DNA from: Calditrichia bacterium
GTDB taxonomy: Bacteria; Calditrichota; Calditrichia; RBG-13-44-9
Direction of reading: 5' to 3'
Assembly: GCA_037381445.1 (NCBI GenBank)
Contig: JARRQT010000052.1
Span: 1 to 17,108 of the forward strand
Length of the DNA stretch: 17,108 nt
The translations under genes were made by a program, and so were the position numbers. Shown here in pieces: positions 1 to 8,549 of this stretch; positions within the stretch are counted from its first letter, which is position 1, and every line of letters starts with the position of its first letter. The notes under the pieces are model-generated. The model was not told the DNA's origin and made no database searches. It saw nothing but the letters and a program-made list of their open reading frames with translations.

Positions 1-1553
1 GTGACCAGTCCGTCAAAAAGCCGGGCGGCCAGTTCGAATTTTCCGGAATTGAACTGTTCTTCTCCCATTAATTCCTTAATTTTTTTCAGTTCCTGGGGCA
101 CCAGTTCCCGGAAAAGTTCCGCGGTAATTTCCCGTCCGTCATTGAGGCGGGCATTGGGGAAATTGACCCACTGCCATACCTGTGAGCGGGAAATTTCGGA
201 AGTCGCCGCGTCTTCCATCAAATTATAGATGGGCACACAACCGCTTCCGCGCAGCCATGCCTCCAGGTAGCGGATGCCGATATTGATATTGGCGCGCAGA
301 CCGTCTTCGGTGATATCACCCGCCGGGATCTGCAGCAGATCTTCGGTGCCGATATGATATTCTTTGACTTTGCGTGAGATCTGGTTGGGCTGGGGCATTT
401 TTTTGTCAAAGACTTCTTTCGCAACAGAAACCAGTCCGGGATGTGCCACCCAGGTTCCGTCATGGCCGTCTCCGACTTCCCGCTCTTTATCAGCCCGAAC
501 CTTGTCCAGCGCCGTTTCATTCAATTGAGGATTGTTCTTGATCGGGATTTGCGCGGCCATTCCGCCAATGGCATGGACGCCGCGCCGGTGAGAAATCTGA
601 ATAAGCAGTTTTGAATAGGAACGCATCAGATGTGTATTCATGGTGACCAGTGCCCGGTCCGGCAGCAGAAACTCATGATGTTTCCGGAACTTGCGGATAA
701 TACTGAATATATAGTCCCAGCGGCCGGCGTTGAGTCCGGCGGAATGATCTCTCAGTTCATAAATAATTTCATCCATCTCGAAAGCAGCTAGTATATTCTC
801 TATCAGGACCGTGGCCCGGATGGTGCCCCGCGGCACATTCAGCTCATCCTGGGCGAAATTGAAAATATCATTCCACAGCCGCGCTTCCTGGTGACTTTCC
901 AGCTTCGGCAGATAAAAATAGGGTCCGGTTCCATTTTTCAGCAACTGGTGCACATTATGAAAGAAATATAATCCAAAATCAAATATGGAAGCTGAAATCG
1001 GTTTTCCGTCCAATAAGACATGTTTTTCAGTGAGGTGCCATCCACGGGGACGCACCATCAACGTGGCAATTTTATCTTTAAGCTGGTATAATTTTCCCTC
1101 CGGATTGCGGAATTCAATGATCCTGCGGACCGCATCCTGCAGATTGATCTGTCCATCAATCACATTTTGCCAGGTAGGCGAGTTGGCATCTTCAAAATCG
1201 GCCATGTAGATATTGGCACCTGAGTTCAGGGCATTGATAATCATCTTTCTGTCGGTGGGACCGGTAATCTCCACCCGGCGGTCCTTCAGGTCCGGCGGTA
1301 TGGAGGCAGCCTGCCATTCGCTCTCCCGGATATCGCGGGTACTTTCCAGAAAATCCGGGAAGATCCCTTCGTCCAGTTCCTTTTGACGGTGTTGGCGGAC
1401 CCTCAACAAGCGTTCGCGCTCCGGACCAAACTCCTTTTCCAGTCTGGCAATAAATCTAAGGGCTTCCGGTGTCAGAATTCTTTTTTCCCCTTTCACGGGA
1501 TATCCTTTTACCTCCAACTCCGGAGCCGCCACAGCAATATTTATAGCACTCAT
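1..1553 (-). CDS. aceB: Malate synthase A (3' end truncated by window edge)
   Basis: Manual translation from ATG at 1553 (RBS AAGGAG upstream) is open to the window edge: [17 protein letters not shown]...[41 protein letters not shown]...[10 protein letters not shown]...[19 protein letters not shown]...[12 protein letters not shown]...[16 protein letters not shown]...[11 protein letters not shown]...[25 protein letters not shown]...[14 protein letters not shown]. These are malate synthase A motifs. Missed by the ORF track because there is no stop in the window. Confidence 0.97.
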   Translation of the reverse strand, partial: MSAINIAVAAPELEVKGYPVKGEKRILTPEALRFIARLEKEFGPERERLLRVRQHRQKELDEGIFPDFLESTRDIRESEWQAASIPPDLKDRRVEITGPTDRKMIINALNSGANIYMADFEDANSPTWQNVIDGQINLQDAVRRIIEFRNPEGKLYQLKDKIATLMVRPRGWHLTEKHVLLDGKPISASIFDFGLYFFHNVHQLLKNGTGPYFYLPKLESHQEARLWNDIFNFAQDELNVPRGTIRATVLIENILAAFEMDEIIYELRDHSAGLNAGRWDYIFSIIRKFRKHHEFLLPDRALVTMNTHLMRSYSKLLIQISHRRGVHAIGGMAAQIPIKNNPQLNETALDKVRADKEREVGDGHDGTWVAHPGLVSVAKEVFDKKMPQPNQISRKVKEYHIGTEDLLQIPAGDITEDGLRANINIGIRYLEAWLRGSGCVPIYNLMEDAATSEISRSQVWQWVNFPNARLNDGREITAELFRELVPQELKKIKELMGEEQFNSGKFELAARLFDGLV

Positions 1554-1602
1554 TTTATTCTCCTTCCCTTTTTGTTTTCTCTCAACTCCATTAAGTATAG
1601 AA

Positions 1603-1618
1603 TGCCAGATTCATGCCA
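1603..1618 (-). promoter_or_regulatory. Sigma-54 (RpoN) -24/-12 promoter of aceB
   Basis: Minus strand reads TGGCATGAATCTGGCA, i.e. GG-N10-GC, close to the TGGCACG-N4-TTGCW consensus. It is 50 bp upstream of the aceB ATG and next to a bEBP gene. Confidence 0.75.
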
Positions 1619-1669
1619 GAATATGAGGGTATGCGGTTGACTTTTTTAATTTGTTTATATTCTTATAAA

Positions 1670-1682
1670 TTTCAACAACTTA
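1670..1682 (+). promoter_or_regulatory. Putative IHF-binding site
   Basis: TTTCAACAACTTA has one mismatch to WATCAANNNNTTR and is preceded by an AT-rich tract (1642-1670). It lies between the sigma-54 promoter and the candidate UAS palindromes. Confidence 0.4.
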
Positions 1683-1726
1683 AAGCGTGTAATTGCGGGA
1701 TCGGGAAAAAATTCTCATAACCGGCA

Positions 1727-1746
1727 GTGCGATACTGCTATCGCAC
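1727..1746. promoter_or_regulatory. Perfect 8-bp inverted repeat, candidate bEBP upstream activator sequence
   Basis: GTGCGATA-ctgc-TATCGCAC, about 110-130 bp upstream of the -24 element. Confidence 0.4.
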
Positions 1747-1796
1747 CGGGTAACGATTGAAATTTGATCAAATAAAGATTAAAATTCTATTTGGAT

Positions 1797-1843
1797 TGAA
1801 TGCAATGCGCATTCATCTAAATGAATGCTTGTATATGCGTTCA
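1797..1843. repeat. Cluster of alternating TGAATGC/GCATTCA half-sites, candidate UAS
   Basis: TGAATGC at 1797, GCATTCA at 1809, TGAATGC at 1822 and GCGTTCA at 1837. Includes the perfect palindrome GCATTCAT-ctaa-ATGAATGC (1809-1828). Confidence 0.45.
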
Positions 1844-1916
1844 GCGGGCCGTTTCTCGCAATTCCAAACCCAATATAACACCGAATGATCACGTCTGAAT
1901 TCACAGTCTGCCCCGC

Positions 1917-1946
1917 GATAAAAATGACGCATCTGAATGCGTTATT
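1917..1946 (-). terminator. Possible intrinsic terminator of the bEBP gene (or another TGAATGC-type site)
   Basis: Minus strand AATAACGCAT-TCAG-ATGCGTCATT-TTTATC is a 10-bp stem with one mismatch plus a short U tract, about 36 nt after the stop at 1983. Confidence 0.35.
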
Positions 1947-1982
1947 GATGTCGCGGCGTGTGTTATTCTGGCAAGCCTGTGG

Positions 1983-3281
1983 CTACCTGAACAGCTCTGC
2001 ATCTATTTTGTGTTTGGCCATCAGCCGCTGGAAGGTCCGGCGCGGAATATTGGCGGCATCTGCGGCGCGGGTGACGTTTCCCTGCTGCTCCGTCAGATAG
2101 CGGCAGACGGCTTCATATTCAAATTTATCAATGACCTGTGCTTTCATTTCCATGAATCCCCCGGAATTGTCTTCGATGACGTTTTCCAGCTCGCGCAAAT
2201 TGCCGGGCCAGGGGTAATGGACCAGCGCGGAAAGTGCCGCCGGCGAAATCTGATCAACCCGCTTATTGACTTTGGCCTGTGCAGATTTCAGAAAATGAAA
2301 AGCCAGCAGAGGGATATCTTCCGATCGTTCCCGCAGCGGCGGCATCTGAATGGTGAAGGCGTTCAAGCGATAGAACAGGTCATTACGGAATTCCCCTGTT
2401 TTCATGGCTTCTTCCAATTGCCGGTTGGTCGCAGCGATTACTCTCACTTTTACCGTGCGGGTTACCGTGTCGCCGATGGCCCGCACCTCGCCGGACTGCA
2501 AAAAGCGCAGCAGCTTGGACTGCATCTCCATGGGCATATCGCCGATTTCATCCAAAAAAATGGTGCTGTCATTGGCCAGTTCCAGCAATCCGGTACGGTC
2601 CGAAGTGGCCCCGGTAAAGGCCCCTTTGCGGTAGCCGAATAATTCGCTCTCGATGAGCTGAGCGCTGAGGGCAGTGCAGTTTACAGTGACCATTGGTTTT
2701 TCCTTTTGCAGGCTGTTTCTGTGGATCATGCGGGCCACCAACTCCTTGCCGGTGCCGCTTTCTCCGCGGATTAGGACAGTGGTGGGGGTGTGGGCAACTT
2801 TGGTGATGAGTTCCAGTATTTCCTGCATGCGGGGATTCCTGCCGACGATGAACTCTCCCACGGACAGCCGTTCCAGTTCCATGCGCATCAGTTCGAAGGT
2901 CTCTTCATGGATCTCTTTCTTGCGGAATTCTGTCAGCACCGTCCAGAACAATTTTGCGCTCAGGCCGCCGATTACCTCTGCATTCAGCGGTTTGTTCGCG
3001 AGAATGTCCTGCTGGATTTCACGTCTTCCACTGACGTTGATGATCAGGTCCAGGTGTTTGTCCCGCAGCAGTTTCTGATAATCAGCACATGTGGGAATTC
3101 CCATTTCCCGCGCGATTTTCAGACCGGGGGCATCGGGGTTTACATCCGCGACACCTGCTATGTCCAGCGACAGGTCGTTTCCGAACAGGCGCAATAACAT
3201 ACTGCCGGCCCGACCAGCGCCGATCAACAGCAGCCTGATATTTTCTTTGGAATCTTTGGTTCGAATGAGATCTTTGCTCAT
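1983..3281 (-). CDS. Sigma-54-dependent transcriptional activator (bEBP): N-terminal Rossmann-like domain + AAA+ + Fis-type HTH; apparent in-frame deletion after the AAA+ domain
   Basis: N-terminal LLIGAGRAG...AGVADVNPDAPG...DLIINVSG; Walker A GESGTGKE; ESELFG-YRK-GAFTGA (GAFTGA at 2607-2624); Walker B IFLDEIG; FRNDLFYRL; WPGNLRELEN; C-terminal GNVTRAADAANIPRRTFQRLM HTH. RBS GGAGG. Confidence 0.93.
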   Translation of the reverse strand: MSKDLIRTKDSKENIRLLLIGAGRAGSMLLRLFGNDLSLDIAGVADVNPDAPGLKIAREMGIPTCADYQKLLRDKHLDLIINVSGRREIQQDILANKPLNAEVIGGLSAKLFWTVLTEFRKKEIHEETFELMRMELERLSVGEFIVGRNPRMQEILELITKVAHTPTTVLIRGESGTGKELVARMIHRNSLQKEKPMVTVNCTALSAQLIESELFGYRKGAFTGATSDRTGLLELANDSTIFLDEIGDMPMEMQSKLLRFLQSGEVRAIGDTVTRTVKVRVIAATNRQLEEAMKTGEFRNDLFYRLNAFTIQMPPLRERSEDIPLLAFHFLKSAQAKVNKRVDQISPAALSALVHYPWPGNLRELENVIEDNSGGFMEMKAQVIDKFEYEAVCRYLTEQQGNVTRAADAANIPRRTFQRLMAKHKIDAELFR

Positions 3282-3428
3282 GTCCCTCCCCGCTGTACAT
3301 CATGATTCAAGAATAAATTAACATATATATGACGACACAAATTGAAATGAGTTCAAACAGTCGCGCGGGGAGCGAAAATCAGGTGTTGAAATTGGCCCGT
3401 AAGCTAATGCATGAGGAGCACCGGCGCA

Positions 3429-3950
3429 TTATCCCGAAATGTGGAGCTGCCAGTATCCCACATCAATCCATCGTTCGAATTTGTATCCCACTTCCCGGAA
3501 ATGGGCAACTTTCCCGAAACCGAATTTTTCGTGCAGTGCGATGCTGGCCGGATTTGGCAGGGCGATCCCTCCGATAACAGTGTGATATCCGGCCCCCCGT
3601 ATCCATGACAGCAGCTCTCCATAAAGCCGACTCCCCGTGCCGCGCCCAGTTGAACCCGGATGCAGATAAATGGTGCTTTCCAGTGAATACCGGTATGCGC
3701 GGCGCGTTTTCCATGGTTGCGCATAGGCATAGCCCGCGATGATTCTATTATCTTCCACGGCAACCAGCCATGGAAAACCCGCTTCCAATATACTGTTAAT
3801 TCTTTTCAGCATTACCTCCTCTGTCACCGAATCAACCTCGAAGGTTATCGCCGTCTCTCGGATATAGTGATTATATATGCCGCATATGGCCGCAGCATCC
3901 TCGGCGTGGGCCGTGCGAATCCTGATTTTTCGGGATGTATTTGCTGACAT
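3429..3950 (-). CDS. GNAT N-acetyltransferase, phosphinothricin/methionine-sulfoximine acetyltransferase (PAT/YncA/ArsN1-like) family
   Basis: IYNHYIRETAITFE, GYAYA.PW..R.AYRYSLESTIYL, GRGTGSRLY, NPASIALHEKFGF and VGYKFERWIDVGYWQ motifs. RBS AAGGAGG. Confidence 0.88.
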   Translation of the reverse strand: MSANTSRKIRIRTAHAEDAAAICGIYNHYIRETAITFEVDSVTEEVMLKRINSILEAGFPWLVAVEDNRIIAGYAYAQPWKTRRAYRYSLESTIYLHPGSTGRGTGSRLYGELLSWIRGAGYHTVIGGIALPNPASIALHEKFGFGKVAHFREVGYKFERWIDVGYWQLHISG

Positions 3951-4255
3951 GATTCCGGAAGCCTCCTTTTTGGGGTGCCTAAAGGTAGCCTGAAACAGTG
4001 TCGGTTACAACTGGATTTGCAGTGAAGAGAGCTGCCTTACTGCTCAAAGATGGTCGGCTGCGTATATACCCGATGAATGATGAGCAGTTGTTAAAAGAAC
4101 AAAAATTGATGTGCGATGCGTCACTGTCTGCCGGTCATTGAGAGCCTAATTTCTAAAGGTTGAGAAAAAATAACAGGTTCCATGAAAGTCCTCACAGTAT
4201 TCCTGACACCCGCAAACAACTAATTCCACTAAAATTATATCAAAGGAGTGAAAAA

Positions 4256-5362
4256 ATGCTGAAATTTGCGCAGTCATTTCTTAAAAGTAGCAGCACTGCC
4301 GTTTGTCTGATTTTACTGCTTCTTTTGCAGGTCATGCTGGGTTCCGCTAGGGCGCAGGAGGACCGAAGTCTGGAGGAGACGCTTCAGTTGCTTTCCGCCG
4401 ATGCCGCGAAAAAGTATGTCGCACCCATCTCCTCCGCCTTTGGCGCCGACCTGAACGCCGGCTGGTTCCACCGCGCGCCGGAAGCCAAGGTGCTAGGTTT
4501 CAATCTGGAAATCGGACTGGTAGGCATGGGCTCCATGTTCCCCGATAATGCGAAGACCTTCTCCACCAGCGGCACTTTCAAGTTCAATGAAAGCGAGGCC
4601 CGGCAGATTGTCAGCGGATTGGGATATCCTCCTCAAATACAGGATTTGCTGGTGCAGCAACTGACCAGCCAGTATTCCAGCGTGTCCATCTCCGGCCCCA
4701 CCATCATCGGATCTCCGGACGAATATATAACCGTTCTTTTTCCGGGTGGAAATTACAGTGTTAACGGCAACACCTTCACCCTGCCCAGAACCAGTGTGCA
4801 GCTTCCTGTCAGCGGTTTCAAAGATCTGGCGGATATGAAGCTGCTCCCGCTGGCTGCTCCGCAAATCAGTTTGGGAACGGTTTACGGCACTCAGGCGGTT
4901 TTCCGGTTTCTGCCGGATATGGAACTGGACGAAGACCTCGGCAAATTGAAATATTTCGGATTCGGAATTCAGCACAATCCGGGTGTCTGGCTAACCAATC
5001 CCCTGCCGCTGGATATTGCCGCCAGCTTTTTCACGCAGGATCTCAAAATCGGCGATTTGTTCGAAAGCAAAACCACATCTTTTGGAATAAACGCCAGCAA
5101 AAGGTTTGGCTACGGCATGCTGAATGTTACTCCCTATGCGGGATTTATGCTGGAATCGGCCAAGATGAATGTAAAATATGATTTTGTGGTGGAGACGCCG
5201 GTCGGTCCTTCCAGTGAAAGGGTCAATTTTGAAGTGACAGGAGAGAACAAGACCCGCCTGACCCTGGGATTAAATTTCCGCCTTGGGATCGTTAATCTCA
5301 ATGCGGATTACAACTTCGCCAAATATAATTCCATCAGCGCCGGCCTGAATTTCATTATCTAA
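4256..5362 (+). CDS. Exported, probable outer-membrane beta-barrel protein (DUF6588-like)
   Basis: ATG at 4256 has RBS AAGGAG, so it is a better start than the TTG at 4160. Signal peptide ends in ARA/Q. DAAKKYVAP...AFGADLNAGWFH motif; C-terminal amphipathic beta strands ending SISAGLNFII. Family name is from recall. Confidence 0.7.
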   Translation: MLKFAQSFLKSSSTAVCLILLLLLQVMLGSARAQEDRSLEETLQLLSADAAKKYVAPISSAFGADLNAGWFHRAPEAKVLGFNLEIGLVGMGSMFPDNAKTFSTSGTFKFNESEARQIVSGLGYPPQIQDLLVQQLTSQYSSVSISGPTIIGSPDEYITVLFPGGNYSVNGNTFTLPRTSVQLPVSGFKDLADMKLLPLAAPQISLGTVYGTQAVFRFLPDMELDEDLGKLKYFGFGIQHNPGVWLTNPLPLDIAASFFTQDLKIGDLFESKTTSFGINASKRFGYGMLNVTPYAGFMLESAKMNVKYDFVVETPVGPSSERVNFEVTGENKTRLTLGLNFRLGIVNLNADYNFAKYNSISAGLNFII

Positions 5363-5382
5363 ACAATTTCTTACATACCTTT

Positions 5383-5420
5383 ACACAGGAGACTGTTTTT
5401 GCGGCAGTTTCCTGTGTTTT
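5383..5420 (+). terminator. Intrinsic terminator
   Basis: ACACAGGAGACTG-N9-CAGTTTCCTGTGT-TTT forms a 13-bp stem (one G-U) about 20 nt after the stop, between convergent genes. Confidence 0.7.
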
Positions 5421-5558
5421 AGATGGGACGGCTTTCGCCGATTTTATATGCAAAAGGTCCTCTTCGTTCCCATATATGGCATCTCTTGGCAATAAGTTCG
5501 GGAAAGCGTCTCATATCAGATACAATCAGGCCGGGAACCATGTGAATTCCCGCCGCAG

Positions 5559-6719
5559 CTACTCTGATCTGCTTTGTTTTTCTTCCACGAAAAAAAGCAT
5601 GCCGGTGGCCAGCGCGGTCAGTGCCAGCGAGAAATAAAACGGCACTTCCATATTGATCTTATCCCAAAAAAATCCTGCCAGTAGTGAGGCGGGCAGGGCG
5701 GCCAGCCCGATGACCATCTGAAAGAGCCCCAGGCTGCTGGCCCGGTATTTTTCGGGCGCCAGCTCGGAAACAAATGTTTTCTGAATGGGCTCCAGCGCTC
5801 CCTTGTGCAGCCCGTAGACTACGAAAGTGAGCAAAATGGAAGCATAGCTGTGAAGAAAAATGAAACTCAGGCAGACCAGTCCCCAAAAGCCGAATGAGAT
5901 AATCATCACCGCTTTGCGGCCGATGCGGTCAGCCAGTTTTCCGAACGGCATGGAAACCAGCGAAGCGACGGCGGTAAAAATCAGGTAGAGCACAGGCACG
6001 AAAGTATAGGAAAATCCGTGCTGCTTGGCGAAAATCAACAGAAAGGAGTAGCTGAAGGCGCTCAGGGAGAAGATGGCGCTCAAAACCAGAAAAAGCCTGA
6101 AATTCCGGTCCAGATCTCCTGGCGAGAGGCCTTTATAAATTTTGATATTTTCTGCTTTTCTTTCTTTGATGAGCAGTATGACGAGCAGGGTCCCGATGGC
6201 GGAGGGAATCGATGCGAGCAGAAACAGGGTGCGGTATCCCAGGATTCTTATCAGGCCGATAGTGATGAGGATTCCGATGACCGCGCCCAGGTGGTCCATA
6301 GTGCGCAGGAAACCGAAATTCTTTCCGCGGTTTTCATGGGTCGAGACATCAGCGATGATAGCGTCGCGCGGGGCACCCCGCATTTTTCCCGCGCGGTCCA
6401 GAATGCGAAAGGGAATGAGATGCTGCCAGGTCCCGGAAAGGGCATAGCCAATCCGGGAAGCCGAACCGAAGAGATATCCGGTCCAGATAAATATTTTCCG
6501 CCGCCTGATCTTGTCGGAGACATATCCGGAAGCCGCCTGGGAAATGGAAACAATGGCTTCGCCAAGACCGTCCAGCAGTCCCAGGGCAGCCATGTTGGCA
6601 TGCAGAAACTGGGTGACAAACAGCGGCCAGATGGGATAGATCATATCGGAGCCCATGTCATTCAGGAAAGAGGCCAGTCCGAAAATCCGTACGGTTCGTT
6701 TTGATTCATTCTGTGTCAT
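5559..6719 (-). CDS. Major facilitator superfamily transporter
   Basis: About 12 hydrophobic segments; MFS motif A twice (GYVSDKIRRR, GKLADRIGRK); SFLNDMGSDMIYP and DRAGKMRGAPRDA motifs. Start ATG 6719 (TTG 6725 possible). Confidence 0.92.
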   Translation of the reverse strand: MTQNESKRTVRIFGLASFLNDMGSDMIYPIWPLFVTQFLHANMAALGLLDGLGEAIVSISQAASGYVSDKIRRRKIFIWTGYLFGSASRIGYALSGTWQHLIPFRILDRAGKMRGAPRDAIIADVSTHENRGKNFGFLRTMDHLGAVIGILITIGLIRILGYRTLFLLASIPSAIGTLLVILLIKERKAENIKIYKGLSPGDLDRNFRLFLVLSAIFSLSAFSYSFLLIFAKQHGFSYTFVPVLYLIFTAVASLVSMPFGKLADRIGRKAVMIISFGFWGLVCLSFIFLHSYASILLTFVVYGLHKGALEPIQKTFVSELAPEKYRASSLGLFQMVIGLAALPASLLAGFFWDKINMEVPFYFSLALTALATGMLFFVEEKQSRSE

Positions 6720-6940
6720 AATCAAATTCTTTCAGGCGATAGAAACATTAGAAATTATCCAATAGAAAAATCCGGAAATTATTTCATAATACAGAAGCAG
6801 CAAAAAGCTTGGCGAGGTAAGAACCGCCCTGCATTATGCCGGAATTTACCCGAGTTTTTTAGAATGATAAAGATATTTTTTTATGGAACTTGAATCCGTT
6901 CCCTTTTTAAAAGACCGACTACCACGCATGAACGCTATTT

Positions 6941-8500
6941 TCAACTCAGAAGGTAGCCCTCTGCCAGTTTTGTGTAAGAGGCCACCTGTTCCCGCTGCCA
7001 TTTTTTGTCGCGGCGCAGTTCCTTAGCCATGATTTTGGCGACTTCCGGGGCCATTTCTATGCTCGCCCGCGCATCCAATAACAGCGCCCGGGTGCGGCGT
7101 GCCAGAACATCCTCAACCGAGCGCGCCATCTCCTGCCTCGCCGACCATACCACTTCCGCCTTCAGGTAAGGCAATTGGGCATGGAGAGGCTCGCCCAGTT
7201 CGGCATGGTCCTCAATTATTTTTCTGATGGCCAGTGTATCGGTGCCGTAAAAGTAGAGAGAATCCGATTCATCTGCATTTTTCAGCCATCCATGGATTCG
7301 TAGCGATTTCGTGTTGCTTTCCACTTGTTCCAAACCGGCTATCAAAGAAGCCTGGTTGACAGTATCTTCGGCCATTTTACGATAGGTGGTCCATTTGCCG
7401 CCGGCGATGGTGACCAGTCCGGTCAGTGACACCAGCACGTGATGATCCCGGGAAATCTCTGCCGTATCCCTGGCGTGGCTCAGGCTTACCAGCGGCCGGA
7501 TTCCGGCAAACGCGCTGAGTACATCTTTACGGGTGGGATCTTTGGTCAGATATCGGGCCGCGTGTTTCAGAATGAATTCGATTTCCTCCTCCAGCGGGCG
7601 GGGTTCCAGCGTCGCCTCATCCACCGGGGTGTCCGTTGTTCCCACCACCACCTTGTTATGCCAGGGAACCGCAAAGAGCACCCGGCCGTCTTCGGTCTGG
7701 GGGACCATGATTGCCGAATCTCCGGGAAGAAATTCTTTATTGAGCACGAGGTGAACGCCCTGGCTTAAAGACATGATATCCTGCGCGTTGGGATCGTCCA
7801 TTTTCAGGATGCTGTCAGCGAAAATTCCTGCCGCATTGATCACCACGTGGCCATGGATTTCATACTCTTTGCCGGATTCTTCATCATGGGCAGCCACACC
7901 GTCAATCATATCCCCCGATTTTAACAGGTCGGTCACTCTGATATAATTGATGACTGTCCCGCCTTCGTCAGCGGCCGTCTGGGCGAGGTTAATCGCCAAA
8001 CGGGAATCATCAAACTGGCCATCGTGGTAAATCACGCCGCCGCGCAGGTCTTCGGGTTCAAGTGTGGGAATGCGTTTCAGGGTTTCCTCCCTGGATAATA
8101 ATTTTGAGGGGCCCAGCCCCAGTTTTCCGGCCAGCAGGTCATAGACCTTTAATCCCACGCCGTAAAACGGACCGTTCCACCATGCATAATTGGGGACGAT
8201 GAATGCCAGGTTCTTTACAAGATGAGGGGCGTTCTGGATCAGAAGACCTCGTTCGCGGAGCGCTTCCAGAACCAGCGAGATATTACCCTGCTGCAGGTAA
8301 CGAACTCCTCCGTGCACCAGCTTGGTGCTGCGGCTGGATGTCCCTTTGGCGAAATCGTGCTGCTCCAGCAGAACTGTTTTGTATCCTCTCGAAGCCGATT
8401 CCACCGCCACTCCCAGGCCGGTCGCCCCGCCGCCGATGACAATGACATCCCAGTATCCCCGCATGTTTTCCAGGTTCTCAATCATTTTTGTTCGGTCCAT
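6941..8500 (-). CDS. glpD: FAD-dependent glycerol-3-phosphate dehydrogenase/oxidase
   Basis: DVIVIGGGATG; DFAKGTSSRSTKLVHGGVRYL; DGQFDDSRL; GTTD; AGIRPL; SRDH; GGKWTTYRKMAE. Directly downstream of glpK. Confidence 0.95.
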   Translation of the reverse strand: MDRTKMIENLENMRGYWDVIVIGGGATGLGVAVESASRGYKTVLLEQHDFAKGTSSRSTKLVHGGVRYLQQGNISLVLEALRERGLLIQNAPHLVKNLAFIVPNYAWWNGPFYGVGLKVYDLLAGKLGLGPSKLLSREETLKRIPTLEPEDLRGGVIYHDGQFDDSRLAINLAQTAADEGGTVINYIRVTDLLKSGDMIDGVAAHDEESGKEYEIHGHVVINAAGIFADSILKMDDPNAQDIMSLSQGVHLVLNKEFLPGDSAIMVPQTEDGRVLFAVPWHNKVVVGTTDTPVDEATLEPRPLEEEIEFILKHAARYLTKDPTRKDVLSAFAGIRPLVSLSHARDTAEISRDHHVLVSLTGLVTIAGGKWTTYRKMAEDTVNQASLIAGLEQVESNTKSLRIHGWLKNADESDSLYFYGTDTLAIRKIIEDHAELGEPLHAQLPYLKAEVVWSARQEMARSVEDVLARRTRALLLDARASIEMAPEVAKIMAKELRRDKKWQREQVASYTKLAEGYLLS

Positions 8501-8549
8501 CTTATCCTCCGGATTATTTTGTCATTCTGATGGTAAATTTTAAAGATCT

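Noticed and set aside
1..2100. Short ORFs listed at 1-228, 218-520, 985-1209, 1383-1640 and 1885-2100
   Set aside because: These are antisense or off-frame shadows of aceB, the bEBP and their regulatory region, with no recognisable motifs.
3951..4255. Known riboswitch or hammerhead ribozyme (TGATGA seen near 4078)
   Set aside because: There is no CUGAUGA...GAAA core with flanking stems and no recognisable riboswitch consensus.
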